A stretch of 50,530 nucleotides of DNA from Candidatus Hadarchaeum sp. Lineage in GTDB: Archaea; Hadarchaeota; Hadarchaeia; Hadarchaeales; Hadarchaeaceae. Position numbers and translations under genes: made by a program. Below, piece after piece: positions 17,657 to 27,187 of the stretch. Below the pieces are notes generated by a model that worked only from the letters and a program-made list of their open reading frames with translations, searched no databases and was not told where the DNA came from. Every line of letters begins with the position of its first letter. Within the stretch, counting starts at the first letter, position 1. The stretch covers positions 1-50,530 of the forward strand of contig NZ_JBMFOX010000007.1 in the NCBI RefSeq assembly GCF_049969415.1, read 5' to 3'.

Positions 17657-20600
17657 GTGAAACTGAAATTGGCGAAAGTGATTGCAGCCTTAATGGTAGT
17701 TTCAATGATGCTAGTAATGTCGACAAGTAGCGTGAGCGCCACCCACACCCAAACGGTGTCGATTGACAAGACGCTTCTGCCCTACAACAAAAAGGTAACT
17801 TTGACCGTTACGGTTAAAAACAACGGACCTGACGCGATTGACAACGTCAGGATTATCCTGCCCTCTGGGTTCACTGGACCGGAAGTATTGGCGGCGGTTC
17901 CGGCGGGCACTGATGCACAACTGGCCGCCGTCGACAACGAGAACGTGGTCATACCGGCAGGAACCAAAGTAAAAATACTTGCCGGTAGTACGGTTACGAT
18001 ACCGGCAGACACGGAAGTGATTCGACTCGCGGATGAAAATGTACGCGTTGAAAACACACCGGGATCTCCTCTTGCAAACAGGGTTCTGTTGGAAAACGTG
18101 AGAATAAAGAAAGCCGCGGCGGTGACTACCGACAACCTAGGCGGGGAAAATGTGAATTTGAATGAGGACACTAAGCTGGCTCTGAAAGAGAACGATGTGG
18201 TCACGCTGGCTGAAACCATAGTGGTTCGGAAGTCTGGTGGTATCTACACGCTGGTGGACGATGCCCACGTGAAGGTGCACGACGATGTTAACGTTGGAGG
18301 AGTAACCGGCGCAGAAAATGTCGTACTCTTGAAAGACACGGCGGTAACAGTTAGCGACGGAAGCAGCTGGATAACCCAGCACGCGGTGTCGACAAAGGTG
18401 GGCATTGACACGTACACGTTGGTAGCGGGTGCTTATGTTACACTGACCTATCCTGAAAACAAGGTAGTGTTGCCAGCCGGTTCAAAAGTGGTGCTGAACT
18501 CAGGTGCCAATTTAATGCTGTACGAGAACACCGAGGTAATCAGAAAGGCCGGCGAGAACATCTACGTCGCCACTGATGTGGAGAATCGCCCGAACGGTTG
18601 GTCTCAGTCCGTTTCCGGCTCCACGCTTGAGTGGGTAGGCATCAGTGACAACAAGATTCCTGCAGGTGGAAGCCTAGCGTTTCCATTTACCGTGACCACG
18701 CCTCCAACCACCGGCGATTACACCATCTACGTGAGGGCGAAGGACAAAGCCGGGGCCCTGATCATCTCAGAAATAACCGTAACCGTTGACGCCACCTCAC
18801 CGACGGTTACCGTGGAAGTATCTCCCAAATACGTAAAGGCCAACACCAAGGTGACCATCAAGGTGACGGCGAGCGAGGCCTTGGCCAAGCTAGATAACGT
18901 GATGGTCGAGGAGAACAACGGGGAGAACGTTCAGATAACCATGACCCCATCTGCCGACAAGAAGGTCTGGACCGGTACTTACACCACCAGCGACAACTTA
19001 AGCCGCGATGGACTGGCCAAGGTCTACGTCATCGGTGCCGATTACGAGGATCTGGCTGGAAACACGGGAAGCAGCGCGACGGACAGCTTCACCATAGACA
19101 GACGGGCACCGCCTGCGCCTAACCTTTCGGCACTTACCGCTTGGATAACCGAGAATGCCACCAGAACGCCGGCTCCGGGACTCCAGACAAATGTTAAGGA
19201 ATGGACTATTGAAGGCACAGCACAGGATAACTTCTTGGACGTGATTGGACCTCAAGAAGGAATTACCGTCAAGATCCGGGTTGGGACGCAGGTGTTCACC
19301 GTCAGCGCTGACTCTTCGGGCTACTTCTACAAGGACATCGTCTTGTCTGAGGGCAAGCAGGAAGTTGGTATCAAGTACATCGACAAGGCGGGCAACGAGG
19401 GTCCAGAAAACTATGAAAACGTCACCGTGGACACCGTGGCGCCCTCGATCAGCATCACCGCTCCGTCAAAGGAGTACATCAACGACAACACGCCGCTGAT
19501 TAGGGTGCTCATATCCGATGCCACGCTGGGGGTTGAAAACACCGGCTTTAACGCTGCCGACAACACGGGTTACACCGTTCAGCTGCGCCGGGACGACAAC
19601 ACAGTAGTCGACACCTTGGCCGCCTCGAGCACGATTGTGGGGCCTTTCAAGTCAGCTACTTTCGAGAACCAGTACCCGACGGAGCTGCCTGACAACCTGT
19701 ACCACATCTACGTAAGGGCCGGTGACAACCTGCAATACTCTGAAGCGATCTTCAAGTTCCACATTGATACTGTGGCTCCAGCTGCACCAACCGGTCTGGC
19801 CGGAACTATAACGGGAGGAACCGCGACCGTCCCGACCGCAACCACAGTTCCTTCAGTAACTCTGAGCGGCACTGCTGAGTCGAAGGCCACGATCAAGGTC
19901 TACACCACCACCAACGCCGGCGTCACTTGGACGGAGTATGCTGCTGGTAGGACCACCGCGGGTTCTAACTGGACGACTACTGTCGACTTGACCGGCTTCG
20001 CGGGCAAGACGGTGGGCATCGCGGTGTCGGCGACGGACTTGGCTGGCAACGAGGGTGACAAGCAGCTGTACGGCTACCTGCTCTACACCCCAGCTCCTCC
20101 GGCCAACTTGGCTGGAAGCCTGGTTGCTGGTGCCACCGCAGCGTTGGCCAAAGCGACCTCAGTCTCCACACTGAACCTAGCCGGTACTGCCACGGCCAAC
20201 TACAAGATCAAGGTCTACACCACCACTGACGGCGGTGTGACCTGGACCGAGTACACCGCAGGTGCGACCACCGCCAGCGCCACGGGAGCCTGGACAACTT
20301 CCGTTAGTTTGTCCGGCTTCGCGGGCAAGACGGTGGGCATCGCGGTGACGGCCACAGATGCCGGCGGTAACGAGAGCACCAAGACAATCTACGGCTACCT
20401 GATTTACGACGCCAAAGCCCCGTCGGTGGAGATAACCTCACCGGCGAGCGGAACCACCACAGACCAAGCCACCATCCAGATCACCGGTAAGGTGACGAAG
20501 GATGCCTGGGAGTCCTACTCCAACATCACGCTGACGTTGCAGGTTGGAGTGGGATCGGTCGAGGTACCGATCAGCTCTGACGGCACCTTCACCTACAGCG

Positions 20601-20776
20601 TTGCCTTGGCCGAGGGCATGAACACCATCGTTGCCAGAGCGACCGATGGTGTTAACGTGGGCACTCCGGTCAGCATTACAGTGACGCGCACCGTTACCCC
20701 GTGGTCGACCTACGCAATTATCATCGTGATAGTTGCGTTGATCCTGGCTGCAATCGCCATATTCCGCAGGAGATAA
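17657..20776 (+). CDS. Large cell-surface/S-layer-like protein with Ig-like repeats, signal peptide and C-terminal TM anchor
   Basis: Sec-type signal (KLKLAK + hydrophobic), repeated D.AGN/VDT.AP Ig motifs, Thr/Val-rich, C-terminal TM ending FRRR. Confidence 0.8.
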   Translation: MKLKLAKVIAALMVVSMMLVMSTSSVSATHTQTVSIDKTLLPYNKKVTLTVTVKNNGPDAIDNVRIILPSGFTGPEVLAAVPAGTDAQLAAVDNENVVIPAGTKVKILAGSTVTIPADTEVIRLADENVRVENTPGSPLANRVLLENVRIKKAAAVTTDNLGGENVNLNEDTKLALKENDVVTLAETIVVRKSGGIYTLVDDAHVKVHDDVNVGGVTGAENVVLLKDTAVTVSDGSSWITQHAVSTKVGIDTYTLVAGAYVTLTYPENKVVLPAGSKVVLNSGANLMLYENTEVIRKAGENIYVATDVENRPNGWSQSVSGSTLEWVGISDNKIPAGGSLAFPFTVTTPPTTGDYTIYVRAKDKAGALIISEITVTVDATSPTVTVEVSPKYVKANTKVTIKVTASEALAKLDNVMVEENNGENVQITMTPSADKKVWTGTYTTSDNLSRDGLAKVYVIGADYEDLAGNTGSSATDSFTIDRRAPPAPNLSALTAWITENATRTPAPGLQTNVKEWTIEGTAQDNFLDVIGPQEGITVKIRVGTQVFTVSADSSGYFYKDIVLSEGKQEVGIKYIDKAGNEGPENYENVTVDTVAPSISITAPSKEYINDNTPLIRVLISDATLGVENTGFNAADNTGYTVQLRRDDNTVVDTLAASSTIVGPFKSATFENQYPTELPDNLYHIYVRAGDNLQYSEAIFKFHIDTVAPAAPTGLAGTITGGTATVPTATTVPSVTLSGTAESKATIKVYTTTNAGVTWTEYAAGRTTAGSNWTTTVDLTGFAGKTVGIAVSATDLAGNEGDKQLYGYLLYTPAPPANLAGSLVAGATAALAKATSVSTLNLAGTATANYKIKVYTTTDGGVTWTEYTAGATTASATGAWTTSVSLSGFAGKTVGIAVTATDAGGNESTKTIYGYLIYDAKAPSVEITSPASGTTTDQATIQITGKVTKDAWESYSNITLTLQVGVGSVEVPISSDGTFTYSVALAEGMNTIVARATDGVNVGTPVSITVTRTVTPWSTYAIIIVIVALILAAIAIFRRR

Positions 20777-20828
20777 AAAGGGGAAAAACGCCACCACTTC
20801 CCCTTTTACCCTTTTTATTTTTTTATTT
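20776..20828 (+). terminator. Hairpin plus T-tract terminator
   Basis: AAAAGGGGAA (20776-85) pairs with TTCCCCTTTT (20798-807), followed by T runs. Confidence 0.7.
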
Positions 20829-21086
20829 GCCCAGTGAGCGGTAGGTCTGTCGATTTTAGGTTTAGAAAATATTGCGGGAAATTTGGCCATCTGGAGTTAG
20901 ACATCTGGCCAGGTAATCCAAACCCATCGCATTGACGAGATGACAAACGCTTATCGCTCAGGTAGCGGTGATACCCATACCATATATGTGATTTTTACGA
21001 TTGCTTGAAAAATTCCAGAAAAACCACCATGTTAAAAACAGGTTGTAAGAATTTTGTTGTCTTACGTCAAATTTTTGATGCTGGTT

Positions 21087-21614
21087 TCAGAGCCTTTTGA
21101 AAAGGTTGTTGCCTCGCCTGTCAACGGCGACCACCATCGGCCCGAAATCTCGGACTCGGAGCACCCAGATGGCCTCTGGGCCCAGCTCCTCCCAGATTAT
21201 TTTTTCCACCCCTTCTATCCGACTGGCGGCCAGAACCCCCACCCCACCGGGGAAGGCCAAGTAGATGCAGCCGAGCCTGCCCATCTCTTTGGCCACGTTT
21301 TCACCCACACCACCCTTGCCGATCAGCGCCCTGACTCCGGTGGCCTTGATGAAATCAATCTCCATCGGATCCAGTCGGGCGCTGGTGGTGGGTCCGGCCG
21401 AGATCACCTGCCAACCCTGCGGGGTTAATTTGGTGAGGGGCCCGCAGTGGTAGACAGCTCCACCTCTGAGGTCAATCGGCGGCTTTTTCCCGGAGATTAT
21501 TCGGGAGTAGGCTTTGTCCCTAGCCGTGACGATTGACCCGGTGATGGTGACAAGATTTCCGGCGCGCAGCCCCTTGATGGCTTTCTCCTCCAGCGGTGTC
21601 GTCAGCCGCTTCAT
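21087..21614 (-). CDS. Fe-S fumarate hydratase/tartrate dehydratase, beta subunit
   Basis: TARDKA, YHCGP, AGPTTSARL, IGKGG, ELGPEAIW..V.DFGP. Confidence 0.9.
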   Translation of the reverse strand: MKRLTTPLEEKAIKGLRAGNLVTITGSIVTARDKAYSRIISGKKPPIDLRGGAVYHCGPLTKLTPQGWQVISAGPTTSARLDPMEIDFIKATGVRALIGKGGVGENVAKEMGRLGCIYLAFPGGVGVLAASRIEGVEKIIWEELGPEAIWVLRVRDFGPMVVAVDRRGNNLFKRL

Positions 21615-21616
21615 CT

Positions 21617-22486
21617 TCAAGGTTCCACCACCCTGAGTTTGCCGTTCACCAGCTTTGCCTTGGACCGCCGCGCCGGCCAGCATTGGAAGGCCACGGCCAC
21701 GGGGAGGCTTGCCGTGTGGCAGGCGGCTTTTTCTATGCGAACTCCAAGGACAGTAGTTTTGCCACCGAGTCCCATAGGGCCGATGTTGAGCTTGTTCGCG
21801 GACGACTCGAGTCGGTGCTCCAGTTTCGCGAGTTCTGGGTCGGGATTTTTCACGTTTAGCGGTCGCAGTAGCGCTTGCTTGGCCCTCAGCGTCGCCGTCT
21901 CCATACTGCCGCCGATTCCGACCCCCACGATATTGGGTGGACAGCTTTTACCGCCTGCTTCCTCGATCGCCTTTAGCACCACCTCTTCGATGGCAGCAAC
22001 ACCTGCCGTGGGCCGCATCATGAAGAGTCGGCTGCAGTTCTCAGTTCCGGCACCCTTCACCAGCAGCTCCAGCTCCAGGTCTTTGCCCGGCGTTATCTCG
22101 ATATGGACGGCCGGCTGGTCCCGACCGGTGTTCGATGGCGATGGCCTTCTGGTGAGGGGATCGACCGCGTTGGCCCGGAGCGGCACCTCCCGCGTCGCGA
22201 TTTTCACCGCCTCCGTCATCGCCTTTCCGAGGTCGAACCGCAGCCCTCGCTTCAGGCCAAGCTTCACGAAGAAGGTGAAGGTGCCGGTGTCCTGGCAGAT
22301 CGGGGCCTGGAGCTTCCTAGCCAGAGACAGGTTTTCCAGCATCATTTTGAGGTGAAACCTCGCGAGGGGCTCCCGTTCCCGGTTCAGGGCCCGCCTGAGG
22401 GCGCTCAGCACATCACGGGGCAGCGTGGTCTCGGCCCGCCGGATCATCTCTACAACCGTGTCGCGAAAACTTGTTTCAGTGAGCAT
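21617..22486 (-). CDS. Fe-S fumarate hydratase/tartrate dehydratase, alpha subunit
   Basis: PICQDTG, KGAGTEN, CPP, GPMGLGG, HTASLPV, CWPAR. Confidence 0.92.
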   Translation of the reverse strand: MLTETSFRDTVVEMIRRAETTLPRDVLSALRRALNREREPLARFHLKMMLENLSLARKLQAPICQDTGTFTFFVKLGLKRGLRFDLGKAMTEAVKIATREVPLRANAVDPLTRRPSPSNTGRDQPAVHIEITPGKDLELELLVKGAGTENCSRLFMMRPTAGVAAIEEVVLKAIEEAGGKSCPPNIVGVGIGGSMETATLRAKQALLRPLNVKNPDPELAKLEHRLESSANKLNIGPMGLGGKTTVLGVRIEKAACHTASLPVAVAFQCWPARRSKAKLVNGKLRVVEP

Positions 22487-22524
22487 AGGTTCGAGTTCAA
22501 ATAATCCCGCCACGTTAAAATATC

Positions 22525-22911
22525 TTGATGCCGACCCGGGACAACGGTTTCAGGCTGGTTGACCGGACCACCAGGGCCACCATCGCCCGCCGGGTCATGC
22601 TGGCCAACAGCTTTTTCAGCCGCCTCCGGGGGCTCATGTTCCGGAAAAGCCTCCTGCCGGGTGAGGCGCTGTTTTTCATCTTTGCAAGGCCGGGACGGAA
22701 CAGCGTGCACATGTTTTTCGTCCGCTTCCCGATTGACCTGATCTATCTGGACGCCGGCTTCAGAGTGGTCGAGGTCAGGAATTCGCTGAGGCCTTGGCGC
22801 TTCCACCGCTCCCGTGTGGTTTCGAGTTACCTCATAGAGCTGCCCGCGGGAACGGTAAGCCGGCTTGAGGTAAGTTTGGGTCACGAAATTCGGCTGGAGA
22901 AAGGGTTTTAA
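22525..22911 (+). CDS. DUF192 family protein
   Basis: ANSFFSRLRGLMFR, SVHMFFVRFPIDLIYLD, IELPAG. Confidence 0.85.
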   Translation: MMPTRDNGFRLVDRTTRATIARRVMLANSFFSRLRGLMFRKSLLPGEALFFIFARPGRNSVHMFFVRFPIDLIYLDAGFRVVEVRNSLRPWRFHRSRVVSSYLIELPAGTVSRLEVSLGHEIRLEKGF

Positions 22912-22972
22912 TCCCCTGTTTTCATAAATTATACCGCTGACCGAGGCGGTAGGGGGACGGAGTAATGATGAG

Positions 22973-23851
22973 ATGGATGTCCCCAGAGCTTTGGCCGAGG
23001 CAGCGGTTAAAGTTGCTCAGGAGATAAAAGCTGACGCTATTTTGGCCCTGACCGAGACAGGGAAGAACTGCGAGTTTTTTACCAAGATGAAGATCACCGA
23101 TCGGAACGGCAGGCCGATAAAACTGATCGTGGCCACCCCCAACCCCGATGCCTACCGGCAGCTGAGCCTGAAAGGTTCTTTCCAGTGCCTGAAGCTCGCG
23201 GCCCGGCCTCACGACCGGGCCAGCCAGGCCCACCACGCCATCGCCTGCGGGCTCCAGCAGGGAGTGATTCATCTTGGGGAGAGGGTGGTCTGCCTCACGG
23301 GCAACGGTTTCGCCGACATGTCCGATTCAATAATCTGCACCGAGGTCAACGAGGAGATTTCCTTGGTCAACTTCCTGGAATCCAACCCGGTTCTTGCGGC
23401 CGCGGTGGAGCTCTCGCTTGACCTCGCCAAGAGCGGTCCCGACGGCAAGCCGCTGGGCGCATCCTTTGTGGTGGGAGATGTCAAGGCGGTGCTGCGGCTG
23501 TCCCGCCAGCTGATGATAAATCCATTCAAGAGTTACAAGGTGAGCATCAGGGACCGGAGGCAGTGGGACCTGTTGAAGAAATATGCCTTTTTTGATGGCG
23601 CTTTCATTGTCGATGACGAGGGCGTGGTGGTAGCCGCGCAGAGATATCTGGACGCGAACGTGTCCGTGGAGATTCCCCCCGGCCTCGGTACCAGGCATCT
23701 TGCGGTCGCGGCAATCACGGCGGCCACCAGGGCCAAAGGGGTCACCGTTTCCGGTGAGAATGGGGTGGTGAGGATATTCGAGAAGGGGAAAATCCTAGCC
23801 AAAATTGACCCAGGCAGCAAGATCATCGAGTCGCTGGGCCCCTCAACTTAA
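22973..23851 (+). CDS. dacZ: Diadenylate cyclase DacZ type (PK_C-like N-domain + DAC)
   Basis: DGA motif (FFDGAF) and GLGTRHLA. N-terminal pyruvate-kinase-C-like segment (ADAILALTETG). Confidence 0.85.
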   Translation: MDVPRALAEAAVKVAQEIKADAILALTETGKNCEFFTKMKITDRNGRPIKLIVATPNPDAYRQLSLKGSFQCLKLAARPHDRASQAHHAIACGLQQGVIHLGERVVCLTGNGFADMSDSIICTEVNEEISLVNFLESNPVLAAAVELSLDLAKSGPDGKPLGASFVVGDVKAVLRLSRQLMINPFKSYKVSIRDRRQWDLLKKYAFFDGAFIVDDEGVVVAAQRYLDANVSVEIPPGLGTRHLAVAAITAATRAKGVTVSGENGVVRIFEKGKILAKIDPGSKIIESLGPST

Positions 23852-23889
23852 GGATTTTACCCCTGCCCACCCACTATTAACTGATTGAA

Positions 23890-25605
23890 ATGGAGTATCT
23901 GAAGCTAGCCGAGGTCTTTGAGAGGCTGGAGAAGACTCCCTCTTACTTGGAGAAGAACGCCATTATCGCGGAGCTGCTTCGACAGACCCCGGCGGAGGAG
24001 ATTGAGCGGGTGGTGCTACTGCTGTTGGGCCGGACCACGCCCGCCTATGTTTCCCAGGAGAGCGGGGTCGGGCTGGCGCAGCTCAAGAAGGCCGTCTCCA
24101 ACGCCTCGGGTTACTCGCTGAGCGAGGTGGAGAGGTTGATGCTGGAGATTGGTGACCTGGGTGAGGTGGCCCGGAGGCTGATGGAGAAAAAGAAACAGGT
24201 CACGCTCTTTACTGAGCGGCTCACGGTGAAAAGGGTCTTTGAGGGGATAAGGAGGCTGCCGGAGATAACGGGCGAGGGATCCGTCGACCGCAAGATACTC
24301 GCGATCTCAGAGCTCCTCACCAGCAGCCAGCCCTTGGAGGCGAAGTTCATCATCAGGACGGTGCTGGGCGATCTGCGAATCGGGGTGGCCGAGGGGCGGC
24401 TTCGGGACGCGATCGCCACCGCCTTCAATGTCGATCCCGAGGAGGTTGAGCACGCCTACATGCTCACGACTGATTACTCGCTGGTGGCCCGGGCCGCCGC
24501 CGAGGGCGGGGCTAAAGGGTTGCGCCGTCTAGGCGTCATAGTCGGTCATCCCGTGAACCCAATGCTGGCGCAGCGGGCCGAGGACATCCAGGAGATTCTG
24601 GAGCGAATGAAGGGTAAGGCGGCCTTTGAGATCAAGCTCGACGGAATAAGAATTCAGGTGCACAAGGACGTGGAAAGGATCTACCTTTTCACCCGGAGGA
24701 TGGAGAACTACACCGATATGTTCCCCGACCTGCTGCCGCCTTTGCTGAAGGCGCTCAAGCCCAGCCGGGTGATCGTCGACGGCGAGCTGGTGGCTCTGGA
24801 TAAAAAGACCGGAAAACCGATGCCTTTCCAGGAGGTCCTCAAGCGGCGGAGGAAGTATGGGGTCGAGAAATCGGCCGAGGCAATCCCGGTGGAGTATAAC
24901 ATCTTTGATGTCCTGCTGGTCGAAAACAGGATGATGCTGGACGAGCCCTACACCAAGCGCCGGGAAATGCTGGAGAAAATTGTGGAGGAAGTTGAGGGCC
25001 GGGTGAGGCTGGTGGAGCAGAGGATACTCTCCGATGCCAAGGAGATCCAGGAGTTCTGCGATTACGCCATAAGGATTGGCCACGAGGGCTTGGTCGCCAA
25101 GGACCTGCAGTCCACCTATCGGGCCGGCCGCCGCGAGTTCCTCTGGCTGAAGCTGAAACCCACGCTGGAGACGCTGGACTTGGTCGTCGTCGGGGGTCTG
25201 TTTGGTAAGGGGAAGCGGGCGGGGGTCTTCGGCAGCTACGTGCTGGCGGCCCGGGACAGCGAAACGGGGAGGTTCAAGACGGTGACTAAATGCGGCTCTG
25301 GGTACACGGACGAGGATCTGGTGGAGCTGACCAAGATGTTCAAGAAGCTCCAGATAAAGGAGCCCCATGAAGATGTGGAGATCGAGATCGATTGCGACGC
25401 CTACTTCAGGCCGGAGGTGGTCTTTGAGGTAGCCTATGAGGAGATCCAGGTCAGCCCGGAGGAAAAGCACACCAGCGGAATGGGGCTGCGGTTCCCGAGA
25501 TTCTTGAGGGTGAGGGAGGACAGGCGGCCGGAGGAGGCGACGACTGTCCAGGAGATCGAGGAGCTGTTTGAGCTGCAGGAGCGAAGAAAGGGCAAAAGGG
25601 CCTGA
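23890..25605 (+). CDS. lig: ATP-dependent DNA ligase
   Basis: PMLAQ, EIKLDGIR, DGE, EGLVAK, WLKLK, LRFPRF. Confidence 0.96.
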   Translation: MEYLKLAEVFERLEKTPSYLEKNAIIAELLRQTPAEEIERVVLLLLGRTTPAYVSQESGVGLAQLKKAVSNASGYSLSEVERLMLEIGDLGEVARRLMEKKKQVTLFTERLTVKRVFEGIRRLPEITGEGSVDRKILAISELLTSSQPLEAKFIIRTVLGDLRIGVAEGRLRDAIATAFNVDPEEVEHAYMLTTDYSLVARAAAEGGAKGLRRLGVIVGHPVNPMLAQRAEDIQEILERMKGKAAFEIKLDGIRIQVHKDVERIYLFTRRMENYTDMFPDLLPPLLKALKPSRVIVDGELVALDKKTGKPMPFQEVLKRRRKYGVEKSAEAIPVEYNIFDVLLVENRMMLDEPYTKRREMLEKIVEEVEGRVRLVEQRILSDAKEIQEFCDYAIRIGHEGLVAKDLQSTYRAGRREFLWLKLKPTLETLDLVVVGGLFGKGKRAGVFGSYVLAARDSETGRFKTVTKCGSGYTDEDLVELTKMFKKLQIKEPHEDVEIEIDCDAYFRPEVVFEVAYEEIQVSPEEKHTSGMGLRFPRFLRVREDRRPEEATTVQEIEELFELQERRKGKRA

Positions 25606-25649
25606 GAAAAAGACTTAACCGTCTCAACAGTTGAGATAAGGACGGTATT

Positions 25650-27068
25650 TCACCTAGCCTGTGCCAGCAGCAGTTCCTCAAATTTTTCCAAAAATCGAGG
25701 GACTTTTTCCTCGCCGATTTCTGCCCCGCAGGCCACGGCATGACCGCCGCCTTCTCCACCACAGGCCTCCGCCGCGGCCCGGATGGCCCGCGACATGTTG
25801 AAGCCCTTTAAAAACAGAAGCCGCGAGCACCGCGCCGAGATCTTGGCCCGCCCGTTTTCCCTCACCACCCCCACCAGCGGCCGGTAGGGGTCACAGCTGC
25901 AGTTGCCGAGCGCCAGGTTGGTGACGGTCCCGACAAACAGGTCCTTGATCACTCCGGTGGCGTCGAAGTACTGCAGATAACCACGGGGCCCCGTTTTTAT
26001 CTCTCCAAGTGTGAGGAACTCCAGGCCCCTGGCGATGCTGCGCCGGTGTTGGTGGAGGAGGTTGAGCATGGTCCGGTAATAGCCGCCGCGATCACCCTTG
26101 GCGACCTCCAGCCCGATCAGCGGCTGCTCGTGGCGGGCGGTGGAATTGATGCAGGTGGAGAATTCCGCCGCGTCCTGCAGCAGTGGCCAGCCCTTCTCTT
26201 GGGTCAGCGTGTAGACTTCGCCGATGATCAGCCCAGGGACGAATTTCACCAGCTCTTCAGGAACGTGCATGTAGGCGCGCGCGATTAATTCCGAGGCCAG
26301 CCGCTGCTTTTCCCTTTCGTCGAGGTCGGCAAGGCGGCGCCAGCCCTCGCTATTCTTGAGCGGAATGCAGAGGTCCTTCAGCAGCCCGATGCAGCCCGCG
26401 GGAGAGTTGCTCACACCCGGAATGTAGGGGTCGGTGAAAAACTCCAGCGACTTGAAGACCGGGCGGGAGTAGCGGCCGTAAAGCATCAGGTCCTTGTTTT
26501 TGGTGACGAGCCCCGACTCGACCGCTTCTTTCAAAATTTCCTGATTGTAGCCGCGGAAAGTACCCCACGAGTTCTGGATATCGCCGATGGCTCCGATTAC
26601 CGCTAGCGCCGAGAGGTCACGTCCGTCGTGGTCCAGCTCTCGGGCGATCAGGTAGGTAACCCCAGACCCGCTGATCTCTTGCATTCCGTCCAGGCCGTGG
26701 TGGTGGGCGTTGAGGTGCACCAGCTCCGGCCAGCCCTCGGACATGACGGGGTCGTGGTGGTCGGCTATAATGACGTCGTGGCCCCGGAATTTTTTTCCTA
26801 GGTTCTCCAGCTGCGAGCTTCCCAGGTCGGTGAAAATGGTCAGGTCGGCGGGCTCGAGCTCTTCGACAACGTCCCGGTAGAGCATGCGCACGAACCTGAC
26901 GTTGTGCTGGATGGTGAGGCGGTCCAGCGCCTTGGAGAGGAGGGCCGCCGCAGAAATGCCGTCGCAGTCCAGGTGGGAGATTATCTCGATGGTGCGGTGC
27001 CGGTGTTTTTCTATCAGTTCCGCCGCCTTCCTAGCGATCTTCAGCATAGAGATACCTTTTATCAACAA
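25650..27068 (-). CDS. RecJ-like DHH/DHHA1 nuclease
   Basis: SHLDCDGISA, TDLGS, DHH, GAIGD, GGGHAVACG. Confidence 0.9.
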   Translation of the reverse strand: MLIKGISMLKIARKAAELIEKHRHRTIEIISHLDCDGISAAALLSKALDRLTIQHNVRFVRMLYRDVVEELEPADLTIFTDLGSSQLENLGKKFRGHDVIIADHHDPVMSEGWPELVHLNAHHHGLDGMQEISGSGVTYLIARELDHDGRDLSALAVIGAIGDIQNSWGTFRGYNQEILKEAVESGLVTKNKDLMLYGRYSRPVFKSLEFFTDPYIPGVSNSPAGCIGLLKDLCIPLKNSEGWRRLADLDEREKQRLASELIARAYMHVPEELVKFVPGLIIGEVYTLTQEKGWPLLQDAAEFSTCINSTARHEQPLIGLEVAKGDRGGYYRTMLNLLHQHRRSIARGLEFLTLGEIKTGPRGYLQYFDATGVIKDLFVGTVTNLALGNCSCDPYRPLVGVVRENGRAKISARCSRLLFLKGFNMSRAIRAAAEACGGEGGGHAVACGAEIGEEKVPRFLEKFEELLLAQAR

Positions 27069-27187
27069 ATTCTTTTATATTGGGTATGGTGTAAATTTTG
27101 CGGTCGAAAAATATTGTTCCCGTGATGGTGTTTCCACATTCACTCAATTGCGGCGAAACAACTTTTTAGTCGCCGGTTCCAAAGTTG

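Noticed and set aside
20830-21086. ncRNA or small ORF between convergent genes
   Set aside because: No convincing C/D boxes, stable fold or coding signal seen.
24529-25470. Long antisense ORFs (also 28835-29794, 33266-34165, 21639-22355, 1034-1804)
   Set aside because: Shadow frames of GC-rich, well-identified genes on the opposite strand, with no motifs of their own.
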